Assembly: GCF_009914755.1 (NCBI RefSeq)
Contig: NC_060928.1
DNA from: the human T2T-CHM13v2.0 reference genome, Homo sapiens
DNA length: 64,000 nt
Direction: 5' to 3' (one strand)
Shown here: positions 28,776 to 41,465 of the stretch, in pieces
Position numbering within the stretch: the stretch's first letter is position 1
Layout: the number at the start of each line of letters is the position of its first letter
Made by a program: the position numbers and the translations under genes
Notes under the pieces: generated by a model
What the model saw: only the letters and a program-made list of their open reading frames with translations
Databases searched by the model: none
What the model was told of the DNA's origin: nothing

Positions 28776-31599
28776 AAAGGTAAGCCCTTTGAGGAAAATT
28801 CAATTCACAAATCTGACCAACCTGTCTGAGCACCCACTATGGGCAGTTATAGCTTCCATTATCAATAGTATAATTTTAAATACAGAATAGATGAGAAACA
28901 AATGTGATGAATGTGAAATTTCTTCATTTATAAAAGAATATATATCACCTAGGTGGCCTTCTAAGATCCTCATATTTCCATTTGGAAGCTAGATCTTGCA
29001 ACCAAAACCTGCTAGGCAAGAATACAGAACCTAGCTAGACATAGACACATGGCCTGCTGCCTTCCTCTGAATCTTGCCTGCCGGTCTAATGAGCCCCCAA
29101 CTCCCAACTGCACCTCATATATGCACCCAGCATCCCCAACTATGCAGATAAAAACAGCTTTTGCAACAGAATGCTCATCACCTCATATGTTGACCATAAG
29201 GACAGATTTGGGCTCCTTGTAGGCTTGGGGAAAGTAGGATAAACTGGGGGTGATATTCTAAATATTTAACAACGAGACCTGCATGGGCACAGAGCAGTCA
29301 GAACAGAGGCTAGCTATCAACACCTCTACATTTGAATATAAGCCCCAAGGTGGAGTGGGTGAAAAGCTAGGACTTCAGATTGCAGAGCAAGCTCAGGTTT
29401 GGGGATTGAGAGAACCCCAATAGGTTGACACTGAGAGGCCTCCAAAGAGACTTACATCACTCATTCATCTGCCAGTTGTGAGAACAGAGGATATGGGGGT
29501 AAATCAGACACGGGCCTCTCTGTCTCTACTTTTATAGCTTTCTGATTACTGCCACTTCAAGCTAACACATTGCTTTGTTACATGTGCTAATTCCTTCAGT
29601 AGGGTGGTAGCCAAGGTCCCCGCCCTAGGTACCTTCCTATCTTCTTTTGGTCACTATGCAAGAGTATTTCAAACACAATTACAGGCTGTGTACATTGTAA
29701 CTTCTATGTTTCAAAGAATCAGAGTTCAGTAACCCAAAAAAGTGTCCTAAGCCAATTTAAATCTTTACTCAGATTCTTGAGAAAAATGGCAAAGGACACT
29801 GCATTCCCAATGCACCGTAAAACATTTTAAATATCCTTTGGGGACAGTTTTATTACTGCCATTCTCTCTCTCCATGCCATCTCTCTCCTTCACCCAGCAG
29901 TAGACTCCAGAAAAACTTTCTGACAGTGACTCCTAAAAAATCTCCTCTCCAGCTTTAAATGTTCCCCAAACTCTCCCTGCTAATATTCTTTTGCCCAAGT
30001 TTCCCAGTCATCATAGAGGCTCCCAGACTTTTCTTGTCTCTTCCTCCCATCACACTGCCCTTCTGTTTTCACCTGCTCTTATCTACCAGCCTCCCAGCAA
30101 GCAGAAACTGGAGGGCTTGCTGGAGGGCTGCTTCTTCCAGCAAGGAGAAACGGTGACTCAATACTGCCCAACTCACTTTCGCTCCTCACAGAAGGGAGCT
30201 TGTGAAGCCCTTGCTTTTGAAAAAAAAAAAAAATTATACTGGAGACTTTCTGGAGAATGGAATGCTTCATCTGCTTGCACGTGTCTCCAGTTCACATGAG
30301 TTCTCATTGTTTTCCTAGCTTTTCCATTCCCAGTTCCTGGAGGTGTCCTATTTATACTATGGAAGAACCCTTAAAACAGCCCCTGCCAGGAGGCTGCCTC
30401 CCCACAACACTGACCAGGGATTGCTATGTGGCCCTTAACTAAATCACACTCCCTGCTCAGTTAGGAAGAAATCATCAAGGTGCCAGATGAATCTCCTTCT
30501 TCTTTTTCCTTGTCTGAGCTCTAGAAGAACAAAAGGCCCCAGAACAGGAGGCCACGTCTTGTCTGGATTAAGGAACCTTGACCAAATAACTGGAAAATGT
30601 GAGTTCTGGCCCCATCCCCACCCTAGCACAAGCTGGGTGACTCTCGATACATCAGTTCCTTTCTCTTGGCCTTAGTTTTAGAATGTTGGACTAGATAGAG
30701 GGTTTCTTAGCAGAAGAAGGAAAGAAGTTTAAGCAGATTTTTTTTTATTTTACTTATTGGGATTGGTCATATGATTAATTGCACTTGGAGGAAAAAATCC
30801 AGTTACTAAAATAGTCTGAAAAACACTAATCTAGATGATATCACTAAGGTGCTTCCAGCTCTAATAGTCTAATAGTCAATGATTTTCTCCACTAACATCC
30901 CTTTACAGAAGTCTGCTACGAGCAATTTTTTTCATTTTTGAAATCAATCAGAGAATAGTGAGCAGTCACAATTGAACTTCCTTATACAACACTAATAAGG
31001 AGATGTCTTTAAGAAAAATCATTGCCTTCCATCCTGGGTTACATAATGAATGCCATTTCCTCTCTGGAAATGCTGATCTTCCTGTTAGACAGCTCAAGGA
31101 GTGGCTATTATTGAGTGGCCTTGGTCCTCTGGGATCCAACGAAACCACTGGCACCACTCAGATGACCAATGGCCTGCACTATGGCCATAACATAATCATG
31201 AGAGACTAAAACTTCAAAACCACCAGTAAATCAGGGAAGGGCAGTAACAAAAGGAGAAAGCTGAGGAATAGGAAGGGACATGGCTCTCACCAAATGATAT
31301 CAAAGAGACTTAGAGACATGCAGCCAACCCGTAACACCTTTCCCCTCCATCCCTCTGCTCACCATTGGAACTTCCTGGTCTCTGATCCTCCTGCTTTCCT
31401 CACCTGAGCCACATTGACTCCCCAGAAGCTCAGCTGTTAGAAAACACCAAAATTCAGGCAATGTTGGTGGACTTTTACAATAATATTTTAAAGCCAAAAA
31501 TAGATAAGCACCTTGGAGATCAAAAATTAAACAACTTTAAAGATAACTTTGGCTCCTCCTTTAAAACTATGAAGTGTTTAAAATAATTTTGAGATTAAA

Positions 31600-32775
31600 A
31601 TAATATACACTTCATACAAAAATTAACCCAAAATGGATCAAAAACATGAATAGAAGAACTAAAACTATAAAACTCTTAGAAGAAAATGTAGGGCAAAAGC
31701 TTCATGACATTGAATTTGGGAATGATTTCTTGAATATGGGAGCAAAAGTAAATGTAGAGCAATTGGACTTCATTAAAATTAAAAAACTTTTATGCATCAG
31801 AGAACACTACCACCAAAGTGAATAGACAACCCACAGAATGGGAATAAATATTTGCAAATTATAAATATCACAAGGGATTAATATACAGAATATATAAAGA
31901 ACTAATACAACTCAATAACCAAAAAAAGCCTGATTTTTTAAAATGATCAAAACTTGTATGATATTTTCACACAGAAGATATACAAATAGCCAATAAGCAC
32001 ATGAAAATTTGCTTGACATCACTAATCATTTGGGAAATGCAAATAAAAACAAAAATGAAATACCACTTTACTCTGATTAGGATAGCTATTACCAAAATAA
32101 ATAAATAACAAGTGTTAACAATGATGAGGAACAATTGGAACCCTTGTGTATAAATGGCGGGAATTTAGACTGATGCATACACTATGGAAAATTGCAAGAC
32201 AATTTCTCAAAATATTAAAAATAGAATTATCATATGATCTAGCAATTCCCCTTCTAGGTATAAAGCCAATAGACTCAAAAAATAGAGACTCAGATATTTC
32301 TATGCCAATATTCAGGCAGCATTACTCATAACAGGCAAAAGGTAAAGCAACCAAAACAAAATGTGGTATGTACATACAATGAAATATTAATATTTAGCTT
32401 TAAAAAGGAATAAATTTCTGGTACATGCTACAACACAGATGAACCTTGAAAATGTTATGCTAAATAAAATAAGCCAGACATAAAAGGAAAAATATTGCAT
32501 ACTTATATGAGGTAACTAATCAAATTCATAAAGGCAGAAAGTAAAATGGTGAATACCAGGAGTCGTGGGGAGGAAACAATGAGGAGTTATCATTTAATGG
32601 GTACAGAGTTTCAGTTTATGGTGATTAAAACTTCTGGAGATGGATGGTGGTGATGGTTGCATAACAAAGTGAATGTACTTAAGGTCGCTGAATTATATAC
32701 TTAAAATGGTTAAAATGGTAAATTTTACCTTATGTATATTTACAACAATGAAAAAGCTATACAAATAAAAAATAA
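31600..32775 (+). mobile_element. L1MB/L1MA-type 3' end
   Basis: Degenerate ORF2 C-terminus (IELSYDLAIPLLGI) and 3'UTR gggtacagagtttcagtt...gatggtggtgatggttgc. Confidence 0.9.
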
Positions 32776-33169
32776 TAATTACACAGGAGTGACAGTGTTC
32801 ACAGGTGGGGTCATCAGCACAGGTGGTGCCATAGGTGGGTGTCTGAGCCCAGGATAACTGAGGAAGGCTTCCATGCAGGGTGGGGACAGAAGCAGCAGCA
32901 GCCTGATGCAGGTGTCTGGGCTCCTGCAGAGCAAAGAAGGCACCCGCACAGCAGAAGGATCAGCTACAGCAGTGGAGGTTGGTTACATACTGGGTGATTG
33001 ATCCCATCAGTAAACATACTAAAGATAATGAGCAGCAGGTTTCTCACCGCCACAGAAGAAACTTAAATATGTTAGAAAAGAGGAAACAAGAATGAACTTT
33101 GTGTTGTTAGCTTGTAACTGGAGGCATCAATGTGAACTCATGGCTTGCGATAGGTAAGTAAGTAGACGA

Positions 33170-33310
33170 TAGATGAAGAAAGGAAAGAGAAAGAGAGAGA
33201 AAGAAAGGAAGGAGATGGGAGGGGAGGGGAGGGAAGGAGGGGATGGGAGGGGAGGGAAGGAGAGAAGGGGAGGGGAGGGGAGCGAAGGAGGGAAGGGCAG
33301 GGGAGGGGAT
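33170..33310. repeat. (GGGA)n/(GGGGA)n polypurine tract
   Basis: Direct reading. Confidence 0.9.
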
Positions 33311-33315
33311 AGATG

Positions 33316-34104
33316 TGAAACGGGAGGAGTTTTCCCTCATCCCCGTTGCAGGGCATGCAATGGGGGTGTAGCTCACTTCTTCAGTTCCCCACAGCTCAAA
33401 CCAAACCCTTAGGGGGAGCATGCAGACAGGCAGGTCATGGGGAGCGTGGGCTCCAACCCCATGGCAGCATCTAGAGTTGAGTGTTTACAGTTCCCAAAGC
33501 CCCAGTGGGCATGTGTCACAGTGTGCTCTTTCAGCTTAGCCGTCCACAGGTGGCTTGTTAGTCAGCTCAATTAGACCCTCTGCCTTATTGCAAGAACAGA
33601 GGGCTTTCTGTATCCTGGGGTTCTTGCCCGTATGTACCTGAAAAATCAGATCACACATGAGCTTGGAGAATGAGTGCAAGGTTTCATATTGAGTGGTGAT
33701 GTCGCTGGATGGGGAGCCAGGAGATGGATGAGTGGTTGGGCCACTCAGCAGCCAGACTCTCCTCTAACCACCCTCAGCCAAATTGCCCTTGGCGTCCACA
33801 TTGTTCCACCATCAATGGACTGCCAGTGTCTTCTGGTGCGTTCTTCTGCTGGTGTGCTCTTCTGCCGGTGTGTTAGCCGCCATGTCCAGCTGCTTGTGTA
33901 TATGCCTGCTAGTGTCTTAGGATTTTTATAGGCACAGGATGGGGACATGGCAGGCCACGGTGGTCTTGGAAAACGCAATATTTGGGTGCAAAAACAGAAG
34001 TGCCTGTCCTCACTTAGATCCATGGGCACAGGCCTGAGGGTTGAGCCCTTGCCAGGGACCCTACCCTTCTCTACCCTGCATTTCCCTGCCCCCCTCCCAT
34101 ATCA
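33316..34104 (-). mobile_element. ERV1 solo LTR, LTR9-like (LTR9/LTR1/MER52 group)
   Basis: tgaaacggg...tatca termini; 4-bp TSD gatg; homologous to element at 57140-59448. Confidence 0.85.
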
Positions 34105-34530
34105 GATGGATACATACATACACACATACATAGAATGCAAATATGACTATCTGAGAGACAGAGTATGTGTATGCATCTTTCACCTTGCTCTCTCCACTAA
34201 GAGTACCTGAGAACAGCACTATCCCAAAAGCAATGAGAACAGCTACCATCCATATCTAGTTTCTAAATGTCATTTTCCAGTTAAAGGAATCAACATTCCT
34301 TGAAGAAGTGTCTGATTTCAGGACTGAAACAAGAAAAGTACAAGATGAGCTGGGAATGTCTTGTTCTAAAAAGTGGGAAAATGCTCAAACAATAATGGGG
34401 GCATGTCAAAGGATACGGGGGCAGCTTTAAGGGGTGTCACTTGGGGAAATTTGACCACCAAAAACATGATAGTAACAATATAGCCATTAAATAAATAGGA
34501 AAACATGAGTCCATCTGATATAAATAGATA

Positions 34531-34949
34531 TAAAACTGGCCGAATAGTCCCAAAGACGCTTGTTTTTGGATAAACATAGACTAGAAATTGACCCTTCTAC
34601 TGTTAAAGCGTGAAACCTGTATTTGTTTTATCCTAGTTCCTTCCTCAGGAAAGGACTTTCAGGCCTCTCAAAAAATAGTACTGAAGAACCGAAACTCACC
34701 AGATCACAGCACCTGATGCCTCATTGCCCCCTCCCTAGTTCCTACTTTCTTACACATTGTTACATTTCTTTCCTGCTATCTAAGCCCCTAGTTTTAGTGA
34801 ACAGGGAGACGGACTTGAGGCCGAGTTCCCATCCTCTCAGATGCAGCACCCGATTAAAGTCTTCTTCAGCAGTATCTGTCATCTCAGCGATTGGCTTTCT
34901 GTGCAGCAATCAACAGGATGTAGACTGAAACCCTGGTGTTTTGGTAACA
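34531..34949 (+). mobile_element. Solo LTR (LTR47-like)
   Basis: aatagtccc...ggataaacataga...gaaattgacccttct...tttggtaaca. Confidence 0.65.
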
Positions 34950-35075
34950 AAGCTCTAAAGAAAAACTTTGGTGATGAATGAACTTATACGAATTCAAAGC
35001 ACTTCTCCATCAAATGCTTATTAAGTGCAAAGGAAAATGAGTAGTGTAATCGTGGAGAAGCCCTGCAGACACCAT

Positions 35076-36627
35076 TGTGTCCAGAATTGGTGGGTTCTTG
35101 GTCTCGCTGACTTCAAGAATGAAGCCGCAGACCCTCACGGTCAGTGTTACAGTTCTTAAAGGCCTAGCGTCTGGAGTTTCTTGTTCCTTCAGTTATTCAG
35201 ACGTTCAGAGTTTCTTCCCTCTCTCCCAGTGGGTTCATGGTCTCTCTGGCATCAGGAGTGAAGCCGCACACCTTTGCAGTGAGCATTACAGCTCTCAAGG
35301 GCAGTGCAGACCCAAAAAATGTGCAGCAGCAAGATTTATTACAAAGAGGAAAAGAACAAAGCTTCCATGCTGCAGAAAGGAAGCCAAGCAGGTTGCCGCC
35401 AAGAGCTCCCCAGCCTACTTTTATTCCCTTATCTGACCCCACCCACATCCTGCTGATTGGCCCATTTTACAGAGAGCTGATTGGCCCATTTTACAGAGAG
35501 CCGATTGGCCCATTTTACAGAGAGCTGATTGGTCCATTTTGACAGGGTGCTGATTGGTGCATTTACAAACCTTGAGCTAGACACAGAGTGTTGATTGGTG
35601 CATTTACAATCCTTTAGCTAGGCACAAAAGATCTCCAAGTACCCAATAGATTAGTAGCTAGACACAGAGTACTGATTGGTGCATTTACAAACCCTGGGCT
35701 AGATACAGAGTGCTGATTGGTGCATTTACAATCCTCCAGCTAGACATAAAAGTTCTCTAAGTTCCCACTAGATTAGCTAGACACAGAACACTGACTGGTG
35801 TGTTTACAAACCCTGAGCTAGATACAGAGTGCTGACTGGTGCATTTACAATCCTCCAGCTAGACATAAAAGTTCTCTAAGTCCCCACTAGATTAGCTAGA
35901 CACAGAACACTGATTGGTGTGCTTACAAACCTTGAGCTAGACACAGGGTGCTGACTGGTGCATTTACAATCCTTTAGCTAGAGGTAAAAGTTCTCCAAGT
36001 CCCTACCCGACTCAGGAGCCCAGCTGGCTTCGCCTAGTGGATCCCGCACAGGGGCCGCCAAGGGAGCTGCCCGCCAGTCCGGCACCGCGCGCCTGCACTC
36101 CTCAGCCCTTGGGCAGTCCATGGGACCAGGTGCTGCGGAGCAGGGGGCAGCGCCCGTGAGGGAGGCTCGGGCGCGGGCGGAGGGCTCAGACATGGCAGGC
36201 TGCAGGTCCCGAGCCCTGGCCCGCGGGGAGGCGGCTGAGGCCCTGCGAGAATCCGAGTGCGGCGCGGGTGGGCAGGCAGTGCTGGGGGACCCGGCGCACC
36301 CTCTGCAGCTGCTGGCCCGGGTGCTAAGCCCCTCACTGCCCGGGGCCAGCGGTGCCGGCAGGCCGCTCCGAGTGCGGAGCCCGCGGAGCCCGAGCCCACC
36401 TGGAACTCGCGCTGGCCCGCAAGCGCCACGCGCAGCTTGGGTTCTTGCCTGTGCCTCTCCCTCCACACCTTCCTGCAAGCATAGGGAGCCGGCTCCGGTC
36501 TCGGCCAGCCCAGCGAGGGGCTCCCACAGTGCAGCAGCGGGCTGAAGGGTTCCTCAAGTGCAGCCAGAGTGGACGCTGAGGAGGCGCCGACAGGGAGCAA
36601 GGGCTGCTAGCATGTTGTCACCTCTCA
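35076..36627 (-). mobile_element. LTR12 (HERV9) solo LTR
   Basis: tgtgtccagaattgg...gtcacctctca termini, tandem ATTGG repeats, CpG-rich U3; TSD ccat/acat. Confidence 0.96.
35415..35985 (-). promoter_or_regulatory. LTR12 NF-Y (CCAAT) repeat array and TATA-like box; candidate leftward promoter
   Basis: 9 gATTGG plus 3 mutated gACTGG copies; minus-strand gaataaaag at ~35418-35426. Activity is inferred, not shown. Confidence 0.7.
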
Positions 36628-37559
36628 ACATTAATGAAGTGGTCAAAGTGAGCAACCTCAGTTATTAGACAAAATGAAATGCTAGAGTGCAATCACAGCA
36701 TCGTATCACTTTTGTGATATTCCTGCCAAAAAATTATAACTTGAATGTAATGAGGATGAAATATCAGGAAAATCTAGCCGGAGGGATATCATGCCTCGAA
36801 TCTTCAAAAGTATAAACGTCATGAAAGTAAAGACAAGACTGAGGACTGTCAGACTGGAAGAGACTAAGGAAACATGGCAGCAAAATACAATGCATGATTC
36901 TGTACTAGATCCATTTGCTATGAAGGACATTATTGGAATGACTGTCAAAACTTGTCAGGTCTGTGGATTAAACATAATACATTAATATTGACTTTCTGCC
37001 TTTCATTATTATGTTGTAGTTGTGTGAGAAAATGCCCTTATTTGTAGGAAATAAACACTGAAGTATTTAGAAGCAATGGAGAATTAGTGACAAGTTTGTC
37101 AAATATCTCAGTGAGCGTATTCTTTTTACCATACTTGCAATACTTCTGTAAGTTTGAAATTTTTCTATATTAAAAATTATTTTTAAAAATAATACAGGAC
37201 ATCCCATTATACATTAAATGTTAAAAGGACATAAAATTGTGCAAACCTGAAGAGCTAAACTTTCTTAAAAGACATATACATCCCCAAAAAAATACATCAA
37301 AATATAGTCATTGACTATAATTGAATTATGTGCAAGTTTTCTTTATATTTTTCAAATTTTCTATAAAAAGCACGCATTATTATTAGTGATTATGTCTTTT
37401 TTCTTTTATATAATTTAATATTATTTTGCCTCTTTGATCTGCAATTTTTCTGTTACAGCTACAAATTAATTTGTTTTTATTAATTTTTTCTAAACTATGC
37501 ACTCCTTTAATTAGACCTTATAGCTTTCTCTAAAAATGAAAACTTTTCCACCATTTTAC

Positions 37560-37990
37560 CTTGAAGTGGTTCCTTTTCTCCATTATATCCAAGCTAATTT
37601 TCAGATGCTCTTATTAGATATTTTTAATCCTCTTTATCTTCCTTTTCTTATAATTTCTCTTTTATATTCATGGTTCATTTACTTAGCTTTGTTTCCACAT
37701 TATTAATTCTCTCTTCAACTATTTCTAGTCTGCCATTTCATGAGTTGCTTTTTTTTTTTTTTTTAACTTCAATGACTTCATGGTTTTTTATTTCTTGAAT
37801 TTCTACTTGGTCTTTGTCAAGTCCACCTTTTCTTTTCCCTTAACTTTCCCTTCTTACCTAATGATTTCTATTTCTTTCCTTATCTCTTTGAATATTATAA
37901 ATACACTTATTTGAAAATCTTCCTTAGGTTATTGTATTACCTACAGTTATTAGAGTCTAAAGCTTAACATTTCTTGCATCTCTCTTATAC
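37560..37990 (-). mobile_element. Old L1M fragment
   Basis: T-rich, ttaattctctcttcaactatttctagtctgc. Confidence 0.5.
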
Positions 37991-38654
37991 AGAATTCATT
38001 TGTAATTGTTCATTTGCAAGTGTGATTCATCACACTTCTTTGTGATGCCATTTTCATTGTAGAATCTTATCTTTCCCAGCCCTAGCTTCCTTCCCAAAAC
38101 AGTGCTTTCTCCCCATATGCACCTGGCCCAGAGGATCACCTGCTGCTTGGATTCCTGCCCTACACTCCTGGAGAGCCGCTTCTGGCCTCTACCATGACTC
38201 CACCACTGAGCACTGTACAGATCCCACCTGGGACTCCCATGACCTTTAATCAACATATCTGAAGCTCCCAGCTACTCCTCTCTGGATCCTACAGTAGAAC
38301 AAGAGTCTCACAGCCAATTCCTGGCACCATCTTCTCCCTGCCATAAGAGAGCATTTATACCTTCTCTTGAACCTCTTCTTGGGTGCTGAGTTTTTCCTGC
38401 ATGCCTGTTTGTGCTTCCTTTCTTGCCTGAAAACTACACCTAGGAAGATGGAAGAGTCAGGTGTGGCCCCCTCCCACTCTGCCAGTGCCTCTACAGCAAG
38501 CCCCCCTACCTCTGCAGCATCAGGCATGGGGCTCATGGCTACAGCTGTCTGGCCACAGTTATCTATCTAAGCAGTGCCCTTCATCCTGTATACCAGGCCA
38601 CCCTCATTTCCCTCTCTTGGCTCCAATTTACTTGAAGTTAAAAACTTTGTGTCA

Positions 38655-38850
38655 AAGGCACTAGGCTAAGCACTTTATATACTTCCCCTCAGTCACTGTT
38701 TACAGTTCTAGAAGGTCAATATTATTATACCCCTTTTGCAGATAAGGAAAAATAAGCCTTAGAGAGGTGAAGCCCCTCAAGAGAGGTCACATAGCCCAAA
38801 AGTGTGAAAGCTTGAACTCCAACCCAGGCCAGTGACTCTAAGTCCTTCAC
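38655..38850 (-). mobile_element. MIR
   Basis: ccccttttgcagataaggaaaaataagccttagagaggtgaag. Confidence 0.75.
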
Positions 38851-40249
38851 TGCTCTCTTTGCCCACATGGCCTTCTCCTTTGAAACATAAGCCAGGCACA
38901 TCTCCCTTTCTAGAAAATGGCAAGTAAATCTCTAGCTTTCTTCTAAACTACTCTGCCGAGCATTTCAGGCACTGACTTCTGAAATTTCTTTCAGCCACCA
39001 GGAATATGCAGTCTTTATTAAATTAGCAAATGGCCCACAGAATAAAGACTGCATTAAAGTAGATCACGATGGGGCTTCAGCTTTTCCTAATGAAGTTTCA
39101 CGTGTCCCTTCCTGAAAAAGCCAGTGTCAGGGTAAGAGGTGGCCAGATTCACTCGCATTTTTCCCAGGAAGAGCCACTTAATACAATAAAATCTCAGACC
39201 TGTCAGGGAGTTTGAGCACTGTTTCCTGGAAGGATGATTTTAAAGTTCTATTTACATTAAAATAACCTCCATCTCAACCCTCAGGGCTGCTTTCTATTGC
39301 AATTGACCAGGGAGGTAGAGATGCATTCCAACAGAAAGAAATGAAATCAGAATGAATTTGGCTGATGCTTAATCTCCTACTTTTACCCTTTCCCACAAGG
39401 GAGAAAAAAACACAAAACTGCTTTTTAAATTCTGCCAGGACCAAGTTTGATATGTGCACTGTCATTTCAGCCTCATGCGTATGAACTAAGAATCCTGGAA
39501 GACACCTGGAAGATCCTCTGTGCCCACCATCTTCCTGGCATAAAGATAAACCCACTTAAACTGAGTAGTATTAATTGGATGTTAGAACCATCTCACACAT
39601 TAAAAACATAAAATCCCCATGCTCAAACACTTCTCACTCCTCCTCCTCATCCAATTTCCTAGTTTCGCTGCATATTTTACCGCTTAGACTTGAATAAAGG
39701 CATATAGTACTTTTTCAACTCTACCTCTGTCTTTGGTCCATAAGAAAGTTCAGGATAGGTCCATGTGTAACCAGAAGTCACCCATCAATGGTCCCGCTCA
39801 CTGGAGCCAGGCTGAATCTCATGCAGGTCCTCAGATGTGTTAGGATTTCTCTTGCCTGCGGTCTTCATCTCTGCTACCCCTCTGCCTAAAGCAGGACTTC
39901 CTGCTTTCCTCCCCCTAATTGTAATAGGCTCGTTAGCTAATGCCTACTCACCATGCAAATTTCAACTCAAGAAGCCCTTCCAGAGCCTCCTCTCTGCTCC
40001 AGGGTAGGTCAATTGCATTCCCATACCACCTGTGCTTTCCACCCTGCTGGCACCATGAGGACACAGCACATAAGCCTACAGCCTCTAAGACGGCCGCTTT
40101 GGTTTCAACAAATATAAATTCTTTTCTATCTGATTCTCTGGTTGGAAAAGTGGCCTTGGATGAAACCATGCTCTGCAGGACAGTTACAAATGGGGCTTAC
40201 AAAGGATAGAAAGGAGGTGAGTCTCTCATCCAGGTCTAAGACTACATTA

Positions 40250-40440
40250 CAGAGCACTTGCTGCATGTCTTAAGCATGTGCTAATGCTTACGACAGTACT
40301 TATTAAATCATCAAACAGTTATAGAGGGTAGGTGTGGTTATGTCCTTTCTAGATGGGAAAACTGAGGGTCGGAGAGGTTGGGAACCTGTCCCCAGATGTC
40401 AGCAGTGGAGCTGGGTTCAAACCCAGGACTGACTCCAAAC
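40250..40440 (-). mobile_element. MIR
   Basis: agatgggaaaactgagggtcggagagg...gggttcaaacccagg. Confidence 0.75.
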
Positions 40441-41287
40441 TCTCACACACCCCTCACATACTGACTGTCTCTGAGTGAGTATCCATTAGTCCAGAAGTTT
40501 CCTACCACTCTGGTCAACCCAGCAACTCTTGCACAGAGTCCCTGACAGAGTTCCCCTTTTGGAATGTGTTTGTTGTATTATTTAAGATATTCAATTCTGC
40601 TCGAGAAAATCAGAAATAACAAGAAGAATAAATGAAGCAAGCGTAGAAGCAAATAGCTTATGAGACAGAATTAAGCTTATGAGGCAGAATTCATTAGATG
40701 GGTTAAGTGTATATAAAGTAGTAATATAGGGTGACATGTTACCATAGATTAAACAGAGCATGTGTCTGCTGAGCTTAGAAAGAGATCGAAAGACCAAGAG
40801 GTAGCAAATATTTGAGAGTCACCAAATATACATGAGGCAAAGGAGTTTCCAAATAGTCATAATATATTCAATATACATGGGGCACTCAATATTTATGAGA
40901 TCTGAAATCAGCCATCCATTGCTGACACCCATTCCAGCCCCACAAGTCCTCTGCCAAATGAAATCCAGGGCTGCTGGCAGGGTAAAGGGTGAGTTACCAC
41001 CATGGGCCAGGTGTGACTGCCCCTGCATCTCCCAATAGAACAAGTTCACTGTGTTGGCCCAGGCACTTTTCATCTGCCAAGTTCCTTGTTCAACCTCAAC
41101 TCTGATCTTGTAACCTAACCATCAGCAGGGAAGGCTGATGTAGCAAAGAGAGGTGAGGCTCTGCATTGCCCACTGTACTTTCTCTCTCTGAGCCCACATG
41201 GCAGCTCATGGTCCTTCTCTTACTACTATCAATTAATTCGAGTTAGCATCTGAAATGACATCTACTTGCCATCCTAAAATCTAAATT

Positions 41288-41465
41288 TTTGGTTCTCACC
41301 TCTGGCTACAAATCAGAATCATTGAAGAGCTTTTACAAAATACAGGTGTCGAACTCTACCCATATGGATTCTGATTTCATTGTTCTGGGATAAGAACGAG
41401 GCATTGATGTATTTTAAAAGCTCTCCAGGTGATTCTAATGCGTAAGCAGGATTGAGGGCCACTGG
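41288..41465. mobile_element. MER5-type hAT MITE
   Basis: ggttctca...gattctgatt...aagctctccaggtgattctaatg...ttgagggccactg. Confidence 0.8.

Larger units (their letters stand above)
32950..37190 (+). mobile_element. Old L1MC/L1MD-type 3'UTR split by three LTR insertions (pieces ~32950-33150, 34110-34525, 34950-35075, 36630-37190)
   Basis: Colinear degenerate L1M 3'UTR-like phrases on either side of the LTRs. Confidence 0.55.

Noticed and set aside
35452-35985. CRISPR-like regularly spaced repeats
   Set aside because: Spacers are themselves repeated, there are no cas genes, and the array is the LTR12 U3 tandem repeat in eukaryotic DNA
35978-36600. Overlapping 141-188 aa ORFs and CpG-island-like segment
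   Set aside because: GC-rich LTR12 U3; equivalent ORFs recur in the second LTR12 at 58238-58939
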